From assembly GCA_964195945.1 (NCBI GenBank), contig CAXMRC010000037.1, forward strand, positions 3,217-67,216: 64,000 nt of DNA. Direction: 5' to 3'. The notes under the pieces were generated by a model. It was not told the DNA's origin, made no database searches, and saw nothing but the letters and a program-made list of their open reading frames with translations. The stretch comes from an uncultured Gemmatimonadales bacterium. GTDB taxonomy: Bacteria > Actinomycetota > Acidimicrobiia > Spongiisociales > UBA5794. Positions 18,948-28,649 of the stretch are shown piece after piece; the first letter of the stretch is position 1, and each line of letters opens with the position of its first letter. Both the position numbers and the translations under genes were made by a program.

Positions 18948-21900
18948 CAGGACCTCTTCGCTATGAAATATTTCGCCCGCGGGTGATGGCTGATCAACGC
19001 CGAGGTCGTTTGCTCAGGATGGAACTGGTATCCGGTGCCCTCGTTCACGGTCAAACCGATGCGGGATGCCTCCAGCAACTCGGCAACTTTCTCGTTGTCC
19101 TCCAGGTCGGGGCAAGCGGGGTAGCCCCACGAGTAGCGACCACCTCGATACTGCTGACGAAACAAACCGTGCAACGAGGGTCCGTCCTCGTCGACGAAAC
19201 CCCACTCGGTTCTGATCCGCTTGTGCCAATGTTCTGCAAGTGCCTCAGCCATCTCGACACCGATTCCGTGGAGGAAGAGGTATTCCTGGTAGGCGTCTTC
19301 TGCGAACAGATGTGCGGTCTCCTCGGAGACTTTCTCCCCCATCGTCACGATCTGGAAGGCGGCGTAATCGAGTTCGCCGGAATCAGCAGGACGGAAGAAA
19401 TCGGCGACGCAAAGCCACGGTGGCCCGGTCTGGCGCGGGAAAGAGAAACGCATTCTCTCGTCGGTACGATGCTCATCGGTCCAGATGATCAGCTCGTCGC
19501 CGTCGGCGTTCGCAGGGAAGTACCCGTAGACGACTTGTGGCGTGAGCAGATCCTTCCGGCGAACCGCGGCAAGTTGTTCCCGGAACACGCCGCGTACCCG
19601 CTGTTTGAACTCCTCGTCCGTCTCTCCCCCCTCGGGCCGGAACTGCCATTGGTTTCTGAACAGGGCGGTCTCGTTGACGCACGCCACGATGTCATCGATC
19701 GGGATTCCCTTGACCACTCTGGAGCCAAGGAATGGTGGGACAAAGATCGGGCTGTTGGTGACGACCTCGGGGCTGCGAGCAGGAGCGAGACCTGGTGCGG
19801 CTTCCTTTCTAGGCTGCCGTAGCGGCAAGCGGCGAGTCTCGACCCGGCCAAAACCAGCATGGACCTCCCCGTGGCGGCGCCGTTCTATCTGCTCCATTAC
19901 ATCGAGCCCGGCAAATGCATCCTTCCCATAAAACAGCGGACCGGGGTAGAGGCCGCGCAAGTCTTGCTCCACGTAGGCACGAGTCAACGCGGCGCCGCCA
20001 AGGACTACCGGTACTCCGCTCAACTCACGCCGCTTGAGCTGCTCCAGGTTGTCCCGCATCACCAAGGTACTCTTGACCAACAACCCGCTCATGCCAATGG
20101 CGTCTGCCTGGTGTTCGTCGAAAGCCTCGAGTATCTCGGAGATACCAACCTTTATCCCGAGATTGTGAACATCGAACCCGTTGTTGGTCAGGATGATGTC
20201 GACGAGATTCTTCCCTATGTCATGGACATCGCCGCGGACGGTTGCAAGAACAATCGAACCGCGGTGGGCGGCATCGCCCTTTTCCATCTGCGGCTCCAAG
20301 TAGGCGACTGCTCGCTTCATTGTCTCCGCGCTGCGGAGCACAAACGGCAGCTGCATCTCTCCGCTGGCGAATAGCTCACCGACCACCTTCATGCCGCTCA
20401 ACAGCGTTTCGTTGATGATGTCGAGGGGTCGGGTACCAGCCGCGACCGCTTCGGCGAGGTCATCATCGAGGCCTGGCATGTTGCCGTCGATGATCCGATG
20501 TCGAAGTCGCTCGGCTACGGGCCAGTCGCTGTGGTCGATCGCCGCAGCAGCGGCGACGGTGACTCCGGTGAACTCTTCGATTAAGCCCGTCAGGGGGTCG
20601 TAGTCGTGGTGGCCGCGGTCGTAGATGAGATCAAGACACAGTTTCCGGTGCTGGTCCTCGATCTTGTTGAGGGGCATGATCCGACCGGCGTGAATGATCG
20701 CCGCATCAAGACCAGCATCGACGCATTCGTGGAGGAACATCGAGTTCAAAACATGGCGGACCGCCGGCCTGAGCCCAAACGACACGTTCGAGATGCCGAG
20801 GACAGTGAACGTGCCTGGCAACTCCGTCTTGATCCGCTTGATCGCCTCGATTGTTGCCAGTCCATCTCGCCGTAGATCGGGGTCACCAGTGGTTAGGGGA
20901 AAGGTAAGCGGATCAAAGATGAGAGACGAGGGATCTAACCCGTAGCGGTTGACCGCCAGGTTATAGAGGCGATGGGCAACTCTCATCTTCCACTCGACGT
21001 CGCGCGCCTGTCCTTCCTCGTCGATGAGCAGGCAGATGACTGCTGCGCCGTGATCACGGGCGAGTTGGAACACCTGATCGGCACGCGCCCCGACTTCTTC
21101 CCCGTCTTCGAGGTTTGCCGAATTGAGGACCGACCGTCCTCCGATACGTTCCAAGCCGGCCCGCAACACCGCCGGCTCGGTGCTATCGAGAACCAACGGC
21201 GCGGCGACCTGCGTCGCAAACCGGCCGGCCAGCTCGTCCATATCCACGACGCCATCCCTTCCGACGTAGTCGATGCAAACATCGATGAGATGGGCAGACT
21301 CGGCGACCTGGCCCCGCGCTACCTCGAGACAGGTGTCCCAGTCTTCGGCAAGCATTGCGTCACGAAACTTCTTGGATCCGTTCGCATTGGTCCGCTCCCC
21401 GATGATGAGAAACGATGTGTCCTGGGCGAAGGGAACGAAGCTGTAGGTGGAGGCGGCACCAGCCTGAGGCTCTGGGTTCCGGGGCGCCGGGGTGAGGTCT
21501 TTGCAGCGGTCCACCACAGCTTTGAGGTGGTCGGCCGTTGTGCCGCAGCAACCACCTACAACGCTCACACCCAACTCAGTGATAAACCGGGCATGCTGAT
21601 CGGCGAGGCTCTCGGGAGACAGCCCGTAATGCATGTCTCCATCAACCACCTCAGGAAGACCAGCGTTGGGTATAGCCGCGATCGGCACTCGTGAATGTCG
21701 TGCCAGATAGCGAAGGTGCTCGCTCATCTCCTCGGGACCGGTAGCGCAATTGAGACCGATGACGTCGACTCGAAGTGGCTCAATCGCAGCCAGCGCCGCA
21801 CCAATCTCGGTCCCCGGCAACATGCGACCGGTCGTCTCGATCGTCACCTGCGCCTGAATCGGGACATTACGGCCGATCGCTTGCATCGCCTTCCGGCTTC

Positions 21901-22432
21901 CGGCGACCGCCGCTTTCAGGGTCAGCAGGTCGTACATCGTCTCGACAATCAGCAGGTCACTGCCGCCATCCAGCAGGCCGCGGGCCTGGATTTCGTAGGC
22001 ATCAGCCAACTCGGCGTAGCTGATCTGACCAAGTGAGGGAAGCTTTGTTCCCGGCCCTATCGACCCAGCAACCCACCTGGGATGGTCCGCAGTCGAGTGA
22101 TCCGCCGCCACCGATACGGCGATCTCGGCTGCTGCCTTGTTGAGTTCGTATGCGCGATCGTCGATCCCGTATTCAGCCAGCGGTATCGCAAACGCACCGA
22201 ACGTGTTGGTCTCGATGACGTCCACACCAACGACCAGGAATTCATCGTGCATCGCGGCAACGACGTCAGGCCTGGTCACATTCAGTAGCTCGTTGCAACC
22301 TTCCAGGTCGGGGCCGCCGAAATCTTCTTCGGTGAGACCGGCCCGCTGCAGAGTGGTGCCGGCAGCGCCATCAAAAATGATCACACGATCGGCGAGGGCA
22401 TGAAGGAAGCCGCTCATCTGCCGATCGTCCAT
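18947..22432 (-). CDS. metH: Cobalamin-dependent methionine synthase
   Basis: DGAAGT, GLNCATGP, GGCCGT, IGERTNANGS, B12 motif GDVHDIGKN, activation domain RYSWGYPACP. Confidence 0.98.
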   Translation of the reverse strand: MDDRQMSGFLHALADRVIIFDGAAGTTLQRAGLTEEDFGGPDLEGCNELLNVTRPDVVAAMHDEFLVVGVDVIETNTFGAFAIPLAEYGIDDRAYELNKAAAEIAVSVAADHSTADHPRWVAGSIGPGTKLPSLGQISYAELADAYEIQARGLLDGGSDLLIVETMYDLLTLKAAVAGSRKAMQAIGRNVPIQAQVTIETTGRMLPGTEIGAALAAIEPLRVDVIGLNCATGPEEMSEHLRYLARHSRVPIAAIPNAGLPEVVDGDMHYGLSPESLADQHARFITELGVSVVGGCCGTTADHLKAVVDRCKDLTPAPRNPEPQAGAASTYSFVPFAQDTSFLIIGERTNANGSKKFRDAMLAEDWDTCLEVARGQVAESAHLIDVCIDYVGRDGVVDMDELAGRFATQVAAPLVLDSTEPAVLRAGLERIGGRSVLNSANLEDGEEVGARADQVFQLARDHGAAVICLLIDEEGQARDVEWKMRVAHRLYNLAVNRYGLDPSSLIFDPLTFPLTTGDPDLRRDGLATIEAIKRIKTELPGTFTVLGISNVSFGLRPAVRHVLNSMFLHECVDAGLDAAIIHAGRIMPLNKIEDQHRKLCLDLIYDRGHHDYDPLTGLIEEFTGVTVAAAAAIDHSDWPVAERLRHRIIDGNMPGLDDDLAEAVAAGTRPLDIINETLLSGMKVVGELFASGEMQLPFVLRSAETMKRAVAYLEPQMEKGDAAHRGSIVLATVRGDVHDIGKNLVDIILTNNGFDVHNLGIKVGISEILEAFDEHQADAIGMSGLLVKSTLVMRDNLEQLKRRELSGVPVVLGGAALTRAYVEQDLRGLYPGPLFYGKDAFAGLDVMEQIERRRHGEVHAGFGRVETRRLPLRQPRKEAAPGLAPARSPEVVTNSPIFVPPFLGSRVVKGIPIDDIVACVNETALFRNQWQFRPEGGETDEEFKQRVRGVFREQLAAVRRKDLLTPQVVYGYFPANADGDELIIWTDEHRTDERMRFSFPRQTGPPWLCVADFFRPADSGELDYAAFQIVTMGEKVSEETAHLFAEDAYQEYLFLHGIGVEMAEALAEHWHKRIRTEWGFVDEDGPSLHGLFRQQYRGGRYSWGYPACPDLEDNEKVAELLEASRIGLTVNEGTGYQFHPEQTTSALISHHPRAKYFIAKRS

Positions 22433-22528
22433 CTACATCGGGATAGCTTTCGATTGCACACGAGAATCTCCTTGCGTGGTCCGTGGCCGCGCTCTTGCAA
22501 GCACCGGACGGAGATAATCCGTCGGCGA

Positions 22529-22609
22529 CTCATCGTCCAGGCATTGGCACCGTGTCCACACCGGTTGCCGCGGCTTCAAGGGGCCTGTCCCTCCACCGCT
22601 CTAGATGAG
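22529..22609 (-). ncRNA. SAM-I (S-box) riboswitch, compact form lacking P4
   Basis: CUCAUC-UAGAG-CGGUGGAGGGACAGGCCCCUUGAAGCCGC-GGCAACC...GGUGCC-AAUGCCUG-GAC-GAUGAG; P1, kink-turn P2, P3 and pseudoknot CAGG/CCUG present; about 100 nt upstream of metH. Confidence 0.93.
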
Positions 22610-22703
22610 CGCTTCAATTGGTTGTGACCGAGCAGAATAGACATGTCGGTCAGCCCTCGATGCGCCGGTGCGTCGGCGCAAGATGAGGGGTAACGTCTGT
22701 TCG

Positions 22704-23921
22704 ATGCCGCAGCAACACATAGACCTCGCCGATAAAGAGTTCATCCAAGATCCATATCCAGTACTCAGCGAGCTTCGGGAGTCAGCGCCTGTCGTCCACG
22801 ACGAGACTTCGGGCCTGTGGCTGGTGACCCGTCATGAGGACGTTCGCGCCTGCCTACGCGATCGCCGGCTTGGCCGCGTTTACGACCACGTGGCATCAGC
22901 AGACGAGGTTGGGGCGCAACCAAGGGATCCACGCTGGGCAGCATTCTGGAAGGTCGAGAAACACTCTCTGCTGGAACTCGAGCCTCCCGACCACACGCGG
23001 CTCCGCCGACTTGTATCAAAAGCATTCACCGTCAGAGCGGTCGAGGATATGCGCAAGCCGGCGCAGGGCCTCGCCGCGGACCTCTTGCGTGGTGCCATGG
23101 AGCACGACCAGATCGACCTACTTGGCGAATTCAGCCAGCCATATTCGATCGGCATCATCACCTCGCTGCTCGGCGTCCCGGCTGAGGACTACCCGCATCT
23201 GCTCGACTGGTCACATCGCATGGTCAAGATGTACGAGCTGAACACGACCGATGAACAAGCCCAGGACGCAGCCAATGCCGCCGCCAGTTTTGATAGCTAC
23301 GTACGCGGGATCATCCACTTCAATCGATCTGGTTCTCGTCGCGGGCTGATCGGAGAACTGGTCTATGCCGAAGTGGATGGCGAGCGCCTCACCGAGGAGG
23401 AGATCGTATCGACGGTCATCGTATTGCTCAACGCAGGCCACGAGGCAACCGTGAACACGATGGGCAACGGCATCACCGGTTTCATGAAGAACCGCGACGA
23501 ATGGCACAGAGTGGTTGACGGATGGGTCGCGCCCGCGGTGGCGATAGAGGAGATGCTCCGTTGGGATGCACCGTTACAACTTTTTGAGCGATGGGTGCTC
23601 GCCGACGATGTTGAGGTCGCAGGACAACGTTTCTCGTTCGGGGACAAGATCGGGATGCTGTTTGGATCGGCGAATCGAGACCCGCGTGTGTTCGACGACC
23701 CCGACCGATTCCTCGCGGATCGCCATGCGGCGAACCACATCGGATTTGGCGGTGGGACCCATCATTGTCTTGGCGCACCGCTGGCCCGTCTCGAGCTCGA
23801 TGTCGCTCTCGGCGCGCTCATCGAGATCGCCCCGGAAATGGAACTCGTTGAAGAGCCGATAAGGCAGAACGCCTTCACCATCCACGGCTACGAGTCGGTA
23901 CCCGTCAGTCTCCGGCCTTAG
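22704..23921 (+). CDS. Cytochrome P450
   Basis: EPPDHTRLR, NAGHEAT, EEMLR, FGGGTHHCLG heme Cys; TAACGT -10 7 nt before ATG 22704. Confidence 0.96.
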   Translation: MPQQHIDLADKEFIQDPYPVLSELRESAPVVHDETSGLWLVTRHEDVRACLRDRRLGRVYDHVASADEVGAQPRDPRWAAFWKVEKHSLLELEPPDHTRLRRLVSKAFTVRAVEDMRKPAQGLAADLLRGAMEHDQIDLLGEFSQPYSIGIITSLLGVPAEDYPHLLDWSHRMVKMYELNTTDEQAQDAANAAASFDSYVRGIIHFNRSGSRRGLIGELVYAEVDGERLTEEEIVSTVIVLLNAGHEATVNTMGNGITGFMKNRDEWHRVVDGWVAPAVAIEEMLRWDAPLQLFERWVLADDVEVAGQRFSFGDKIGMLFGSANRDPRVFDDPDRFLADRHAANHIGFGGGTHHCLGAPLARLELDVALGALIEIAPEMELVEEPIRQNAFTIHGYESVPVSLRP

Positions 23922-23924
23922 GGC

Positions 23925-24947
23925 CTATTCGAGTACGAGAAGGCCCTCATCCTGCAAAGCCGTGCGGAGTGTCTCTGCTTCGCCCTGCCGCACCGACACC
24001 GTGAGGACGCCGCCGCCGCCATGCGGCGCGTGCCGGAGTTGGAGATCTCGTACGTCGACTGCTGACGAACCAAAAGCCCTGCCGACACGGGCCAGCTCGC
24101 CTGGTTCATCTGCGAGAGCTACCCGAACTGCGACGGCAGGGGGTGCAAGACTGCGGCGAATCTGCTGACCGCGGGTGAGAAAAGCCTGGATGACATCGAC
24201 GTCACCATCCCGCAGCGCGGCGGCGACTCGGTCAAGACGCTGCCGGAAATCTTCGATAGCGCCGATGACGTCCTCACGATTGATCGCGAGGAGGTCGATC
24301 CAGATCGCCGGTTCCGATGCGGCAACACGAGTGAGATCGCGGAAGCTTCCCGCCGCCAGATCAAGGGCGTTCGTACGATCAGCGGCCTCGTTGACAAGCG
24401 CAGTCGCCAAAACCTGAGGCAGATGGCTGATCATCGCTACCGCCGCATCATGTTCAGCCGCCGTCATTCGGATCGGGCGGCCACCGAGCTGCTCCAGTAC
24501 AGCTTCAACTTCCACGAGGTCGGATTCTGTGGTGTTGTCGGTCACGACTACCCACGTGGCACCGCGGAATAGCGAAGGCGACGCCCCCTGGGGACCCTGC
24601 ATCTCGCGCCCGGCCATGGGGTGGGTTCCGACAAAACGGGAGGGGCCAGCAGCAGCAACAATCGCAGACTTCACTCCGGCGACATCAATAACTAGAGCAC
24701 CGGTCTCCATTGTCGAGAGCTGCTCGACAATTGCTAGGGGCGGCCCGGCCATAACGATGAGGTCGGGTTCTGACGACAGTAGTGCCTCGAACGAAGCAAC
24801 CTGATGTTGGACGGCCCCGGCAAGGTGAGCCGCCGCCAAAACATCACTGTCTGGATCCCATCCGCTCACCGTCCAACCCGCCCGGGACAACCCGAGTCCG
24901 ATGGAAGCGCCGATCAGCCCGGTGCCGGAAATCGCTAATGCTCGCAT
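23925..24947 (-). CDS. tyrA: Prephenate/arogenate dehydrogenase with C-terminal ACT domain
   Basis: GTGLIGAS, DVAGVK, HPMAGRE, HDAAVAMISHLP, GSFRDLTRVA; ACT segment DEPGELARV. Confidence 0.93.
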   Translation of the reverse strand: MRALAISGTGLIGASIGLGLSRAGWTVSGWDPDSDVLAAAHLAGAVQHQVASFEALLSSEPDLIVMAGPPLAIVEQLSTMETGALVIDVAGVKSAIVAAAGPSRFVGTHPMAGREMQGPQGASPSLFRGATWVVVTDNTTESDLVEVEAVLEQLGGRPIRMTAAEHDAAVAMISHLPQVLATALVNEAADRTNALDLAAGSFRDLTRVAASEPAIWIDLLAINREDVIGAIEDFRQRLDRVAAALRDGDVDVIQAFLTRGQQIRRSLAPPAVAVRVALADEPGELARVGRAFGSSAVDVRDLQLRHAPHGGGGVLTVSVRQGEAETLRTALQDEGLLVLE

Positions 24948-25988
24948 CTACGTGAACGAGTCCATGACGGACCGCAGGGCGCGCACCTGGTCCATTAGAT
25001 CGGCGAACTCGCCAGGAAGAATTGCCTGCGGACCATCGACAAGAGCGGTCTCGGGGGCGGGATGCACATCAACCATGAAACCGTCCGCGCCGGAAGCAAC
25101 TGCGATCCGGGTCAGCGGTGCGACAAGACTCCGCCTGCCGCCTGAATGGGAAGGGTCAACGATCACAGGCAGATGAGACAATTCTTTGAGGACCGGAACA
25201 GCGGAAATGTCGAGAGTGTTACGAGTCGCCGTCTCGAAGGTCCGAATCCCACGCTCACACATGATGACATCGTGGTTGCCTTCTTTGTAAATGTACTCCG
25301 CGGCATTGAGCCACTCCTCGATTGTTGCCGTCAGGCCCCGCTTCAGCATTACCGGCTTGTCCTGGCGACCGAGCTCCGACAGAAGTGTGAAGTTGGCCAT
25401 ATTGCGGGTGCCGACTCGAATCAGATCGGCATAGCCACTGACGAGTTCGACATCACGAGGGTCGACTGCCTCGGCCACAAACGGAAGGCCGAATTCGTCA
25501 CGGGCTTCCGCCATAAGCTCAAGTCCCTTTTCCGCTAGGCCCTGGAACGAATACGGTGACGTTCGCGGCTTAAATGCATCGCCGCGCAGAATGGTTGCGC
25601 CGGCTTTGGCGACCGCTTCGGCCGAAGCGAAAAGCTGGTCTCGAGTCTCAACAGCGCACGGGCCGGCGATGGCCACAAAATGGCCGCCACCGACGGGGAC
25701 TCCTCCGACATCGACCACAGTGTCTTCGCTTTGGAAATCGCGGCTGACGAACTTGAACGGCTTGAGAACGGGCACTGCCCGTTCGACTCCTGGGAATGCT
25801 TCCCAAGGCAGTTGCTGAATAGCGTTTCGGTCGCCGACAGCACCTATGACGGTGCGTTGTTTTCCTTCGGATACGTGTGCTTCTGCGCCTATTGCCTCAA
25901 GACGCTCGACTACGTTGGCGACATCCTCGGGAGAAGCCTCCTTCGTCATGACGATGATCAAGGATTCATCCCCTTTTGTGGATTTCAT
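24948..25988 (-). CDS. aroF: DAHP synthase class I-beta with N-terminal regulatory domain
   Basis: [42 protein letters not shown]. Confidence 0.95.
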   Translation of the reverse strand: MKSTKGDESLIIVMTKEASPEDVANVVERLEAIGAEAHVSEGKQRTVIGAVGDRNAIQQLPWEAFPGVERAVPVLKPFKFVSRDFQSEDTVVDVGGVPVGGGHFVAIAGPCAVETRDQLFASAEAVAKAGATILRGDAFKPRTSPYSFQGLAEKGLELMAEARDEFGLPFVAEAVDPRDVELVSGYADLIRVGTRNMANFTLLSELGRQDKPVMLKRGLTATIEEWLNAAEYIYKEGNHDVIMCERGIRTFETATRNTLDISAVPVLKELSHLPVIVDPSHSGGRRSLVAPLTRIAVASGADGFMVDVHPAPETALVDGPQAILPGEFADLMDQVRALRSVMDSFT

Positions 25989-26125
25989 AGATCTCTCCGG
26001 CGTGGTGACTGTGTGAAAGTAGCCGTATTAGCCATGGTAGGAGCCTGGGGGGCGACCCGGGCGCAGCACTCACCCGTCGGTAGCCGGCGTACCTCGACTC
26101 TCCTCTCGTTAGGCTTGACCGGTAT

Positions 26126-27073
26126 ATGCGGCGAATCCTTGTCACTGGGGCAGCTACCTGGACCGGCGGCCATCTCATCAAAGAGCTAGAAGGTCGTTCG
26201 GATGTCGAGGTATTCGCTGTGGACGAAGTCCCGGCTCGAATCGAGCTCGAGACCGATGTCCACATGTTCGAACTCGATCATCCCGAGTTCGCCCATTTCG
26301 TGATCGATATCGAACCGGATGCTGTCGTGCACCTGCAAACGGTAGATCGGTCCGCACTCCTCGGTGGCCGGCGTGCTCACGACGAAGCTGTGGTCGGGGC
26401 GCAAGCTCTCTTTGGTGCCATCAGACGATGCTCCGCAATCAAGCACGTGATCGTTAAGTCCGACATCTGTATATACGGGATGGGACCACGGAATCCTTCC
26501 GTGGTTGCTGAAGATGCCCAACTCGATGGCAATAGGAGCAGGTATGCGAAGGACCTCAGAGCAGTCGAGAGCTATGTCGTCGAGACAACGAAGTTCAGAG
26601 ACGACACCGTTTTCACGGTGCTGCGCTTTGCGCCGATTTTCGGACCGGACGTCACAAATCCGTTGAGCCGGTATCTGCGCCTGCCCCTTGTACCGACACG
26701 GCTCGGGTATGACCCGCGACTGCAACTGATCTCGGGCTCGGATGCCATAGGCGCCCTTGAACATTCTCTCGCCAACCCTGTACAAGGAATGTTCAATGTG
26801 GCGGCGCCTGGTCAGCTGTACCTTTCGCGAATTCTTCGGCTGGGAAAGAGAGTTGGCCAGCCGCTTCCCCGCGGTGCCTACAACATTGCCGTTAAGGGAA
26901 TGAGCCGCGTCGACCTTCATCTTCCTGATCACATCAAGCATCTCGTGCACCAAGGTCTTATTGTCGACACGCGGCACATGCGTGACATCCTTGGTTTCGA
27001 GCCTCGGCAGAGCTTACGCCAGACGGTCCTTTCTGGGTACGGTCTCGTTTCCCGCCGATCGGATCCGCAATGA
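26126..27073 (+). CDS. NAD-dependent epimerase/dehydratase (extended SDR)
   Basis: ILVTGAATWTG Rossmann start, LRFAPIFGP, GYDPRLQ; paired with an acyltransferase as in actinobacterial galE2-like loci. Confidence 0.85.
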   Translation: MRRILVTGAATWTGGHLIKELEGRSDVEVFAVDEVPARIELETDVHMFELDHPEFAHFVIDIEPDAVVHLQTVDRSALLGGRRAHDEAVVGAQALFGAIRRCSAIKHVIVKSDICIYGMGPRNPSVVAEDAQLDGNRSRYAKDLRAVESYVVETTKFRDDTVFTVLRFAPIFGPDVTNPLSRYLRLPLVPTRLGYDPRLQLISGSDAIGALEHSLANPVQGMFNVAAPGQLYLSRILRLGKRVGQPLPRGAYNIAVKGMSRVDLHLPDHIKHLVHQGLIVDTRHMRDILGFEPRQSLRQTVLSGYGLVSRRSDPQ

Positions 27074-28233
27074 GCGTCCCTCTTCACGAATTGACCAAGA
27101 AACAACTTCTCGATCTTGCACGCCGCGATCAGATCAGGGGCCGGTCTCGCATGACCAAAGCCGAACTGGTCGCAGCTATCGAGTCGGCCGCACCGAAGGG
27201 CTCGGCTCACGGCCCCCACAGGGTCTCATACGATGCGGCAGCCAGGCGGGCAATCCTGGCGGCACGGCTGGACTCCTTCATCGATCACAGACAATCGTGC
27301 AATTGGCGGAGCATCGAGGGACACCCTTGTGGGCTTCCGATCGTTAAGACCCGGCAACGGTGCTCGTTGCACGGCGGTATCGACAGCACCGATGTGGCCA
27401 TACCGGCAACCGGCAGACTCGGTTTCGACACCTGGCCAACGCTGCTCCGCCATGTCTGGCTGGCCTCGTATGACATCGACCCCATTGGGTTGGATCCTGT
27501 GATCGCTGAGATGACCTGGCATCTGGCCAACTATCTCTACTTCGAGTACTTCCGGGTGGAGGTCGAGGGCGTCGAGAATCTACCGACCGAGGGCGGTGCG
27601 CTGCTGGCAGCGAACCACGGCGGCGCGGCGCTGCCATACGACGCCATGATGCTGACGTTGGCCGTCACCAACGAGATGCCTATCCCCCGCCGCCCCCGCG
27701 TAATGGCCACCGAGGTCTTCAACGCAACACCGACGATCTCCCATTTGTACCGGAAAGTCGGTGGTGTCTACGCATCCCGCGCCGACGCTTCCTATTTGCT
27801 CGAAGAGGGCCATATGGTCGGTGTGTTCCCCGAGGGCGTTAGAGCGTTCCAGAAGCCTTTCTCCCAGGCCTACCAAGTACAACGGTTCGGGCGTGGCGGA
27901 TTCCTCACGATGGCAGAACGACACGGGGCACCCGTTGTCCCGGTCGCGATCGTCGGCTCGGATGAGGTCCATCCTGCATTGTTCTCTTCGCAGCTTCTCG
28001 CCCGTTTCGTGAGATTGGTCTGGCCCTCGCAGCGAGTCGAAGAGATGGCCGTATACCTCAATCTGATTCCACTACCGATTCGATGGCGAGTGCGCTTCCT
28101 CGAACCGATCCAGCCAACCCATCCGGGCACGGATCCAGATCCCCTTGAAATGCTGGAGAGAACCGAAGAAATCCGCTCTCTGATCCAGACGAATCTTGGC
28201 GAAATGCTGACCAGACGCGGTTCCGCCATTTAG
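27070..28233 (+). CDS. PlsC-family (lysophospholipid) acyltransferase with N-terminal Rho-N-like and Cys/His Zn-finger-like domains
   Basis: AANHGG(AAL)PYD, VGVFPEG, FGRGGF, PVVPVAI; N-terminus LTKKQLLDLARRDQIRGRSRMTKAELVAAI; C-x9-C-x10-C-x2-HGG. Confidence 0.85.
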   Translation: MSVPLHELTKKQLLDLARRDQIRGRSRMTKAELVAAIESAAPKGSAHGPHRVSYDAAARRAILAARLDSFIDHRQSCNWRSIEGHPCGLPIVKTRQRCSLHGGIDSTDVAIPATGRLGFDTWPTLLRHVWLASYDIDPIGLDPVIAEMTWHLANYLYFEYFRVEVEGVENLPTEGGALLAANHGGAALPYDAMMLTLAVTNEMPIPRRPRVMATEVFNATPTISHLYRKVGGVYASRADASYLLEEGHMVGVFPEGVRAFQKPFSQAYQVQRFGRGGFLTMAERHGAPVVPVAIVGSDEVHPALFSSQLLARFVRLVWPSQRVEEMAVYLNLIPLPIRWRVRFLEPIQPTHPGTDPDPLEMLERTEEIRSLIQTNLGEMLTRRGSAI

Positions 28234-28269
28234 GGAATTCTCGGGAGGGCGCTAGCAGCTAGCTAACGC

Positions 28270-28307
28270 TTGCAATAGTTAGCACAGTGCGATATTGTGC
28301 TAACTAT
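28270..28307 (+). promoter_or_regulatory. Sigma70-type leaderless promoter overlapped by a 12-bp inverted-repeat operator
   Basis: TTGCAA(28270)-17 nt-TATTGT(28293), ATG at 28306; ATAGTTAGCACA-N9-TGTGCTAACTAT at 28275-28307. Confidence 0.8.
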
Positions 28308-28647
28308 GAAGCAGATCGGTGACCTCGGCCAATACATCCGACAGCAACGCGAGCGAAGCGCAATGTCGCTCCGCAAGCTTGCAGAAACCGCCGGGATCTC
28401 CAACCCATATCTAAGCCAGATCGAGCGAGGCCTCCGTAAGCCATCGGCTGAGATTCTCAAGTCGCTGGCACGGGCGCTCTCAATCTCGGCCGAGACGCTC
28501 TACGAGCGTGCAGGTCTGCTTGACGAGGTCGGAATGAGACGAGATGTCCCCGAAGCGATCGCCGTCGACGAGACACTCACCAAAACCCAAAAGGTCGCGC
28601 TGCTTGAGGTTTACAACAGCTTCATCAGCCAGGAAAACAAGGAGTAG
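28306..28647 (+). CDS. XRE-family HTH regulator (Rv0474/MLDSR-like)
   Basis: SLRKLAETAGISNPYLSQIERGLRKPSAEIL...SAETLYERAG. Confidence 0.9.
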   Translation: MKQIGDLGQYIRQQRERSAMSLRKLAETAGISNPYLSQIERGLRKPSAEILKSLARALSISAETLYERAGLLDEVGMRRDVPEAIAVDETLTKTQKVALLEVYNSFISQENKE

Positions 28648-28649
28648 CA

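Noticed and set aside
6319-21694. Long antisense or alternate-frame ORFs, e.g. 6319-7107, 8079-9221, 9444-10157, 14764-15480, 18881-19822, 20972-21694
   Set aside because: They overlap well-supported genes, carry no motifs, and are the expected stop-poor shadows in high-GC coding DNA.
22704-25988. P450 plus tyrA plus aroF as a secondary-metabolite cluster
   Set aside because: The P450 is convergent with the tyrA/aroF pair, and there are no NRPS, PKS or tailoring genes; tyrA and aroF look like primary metabolism.
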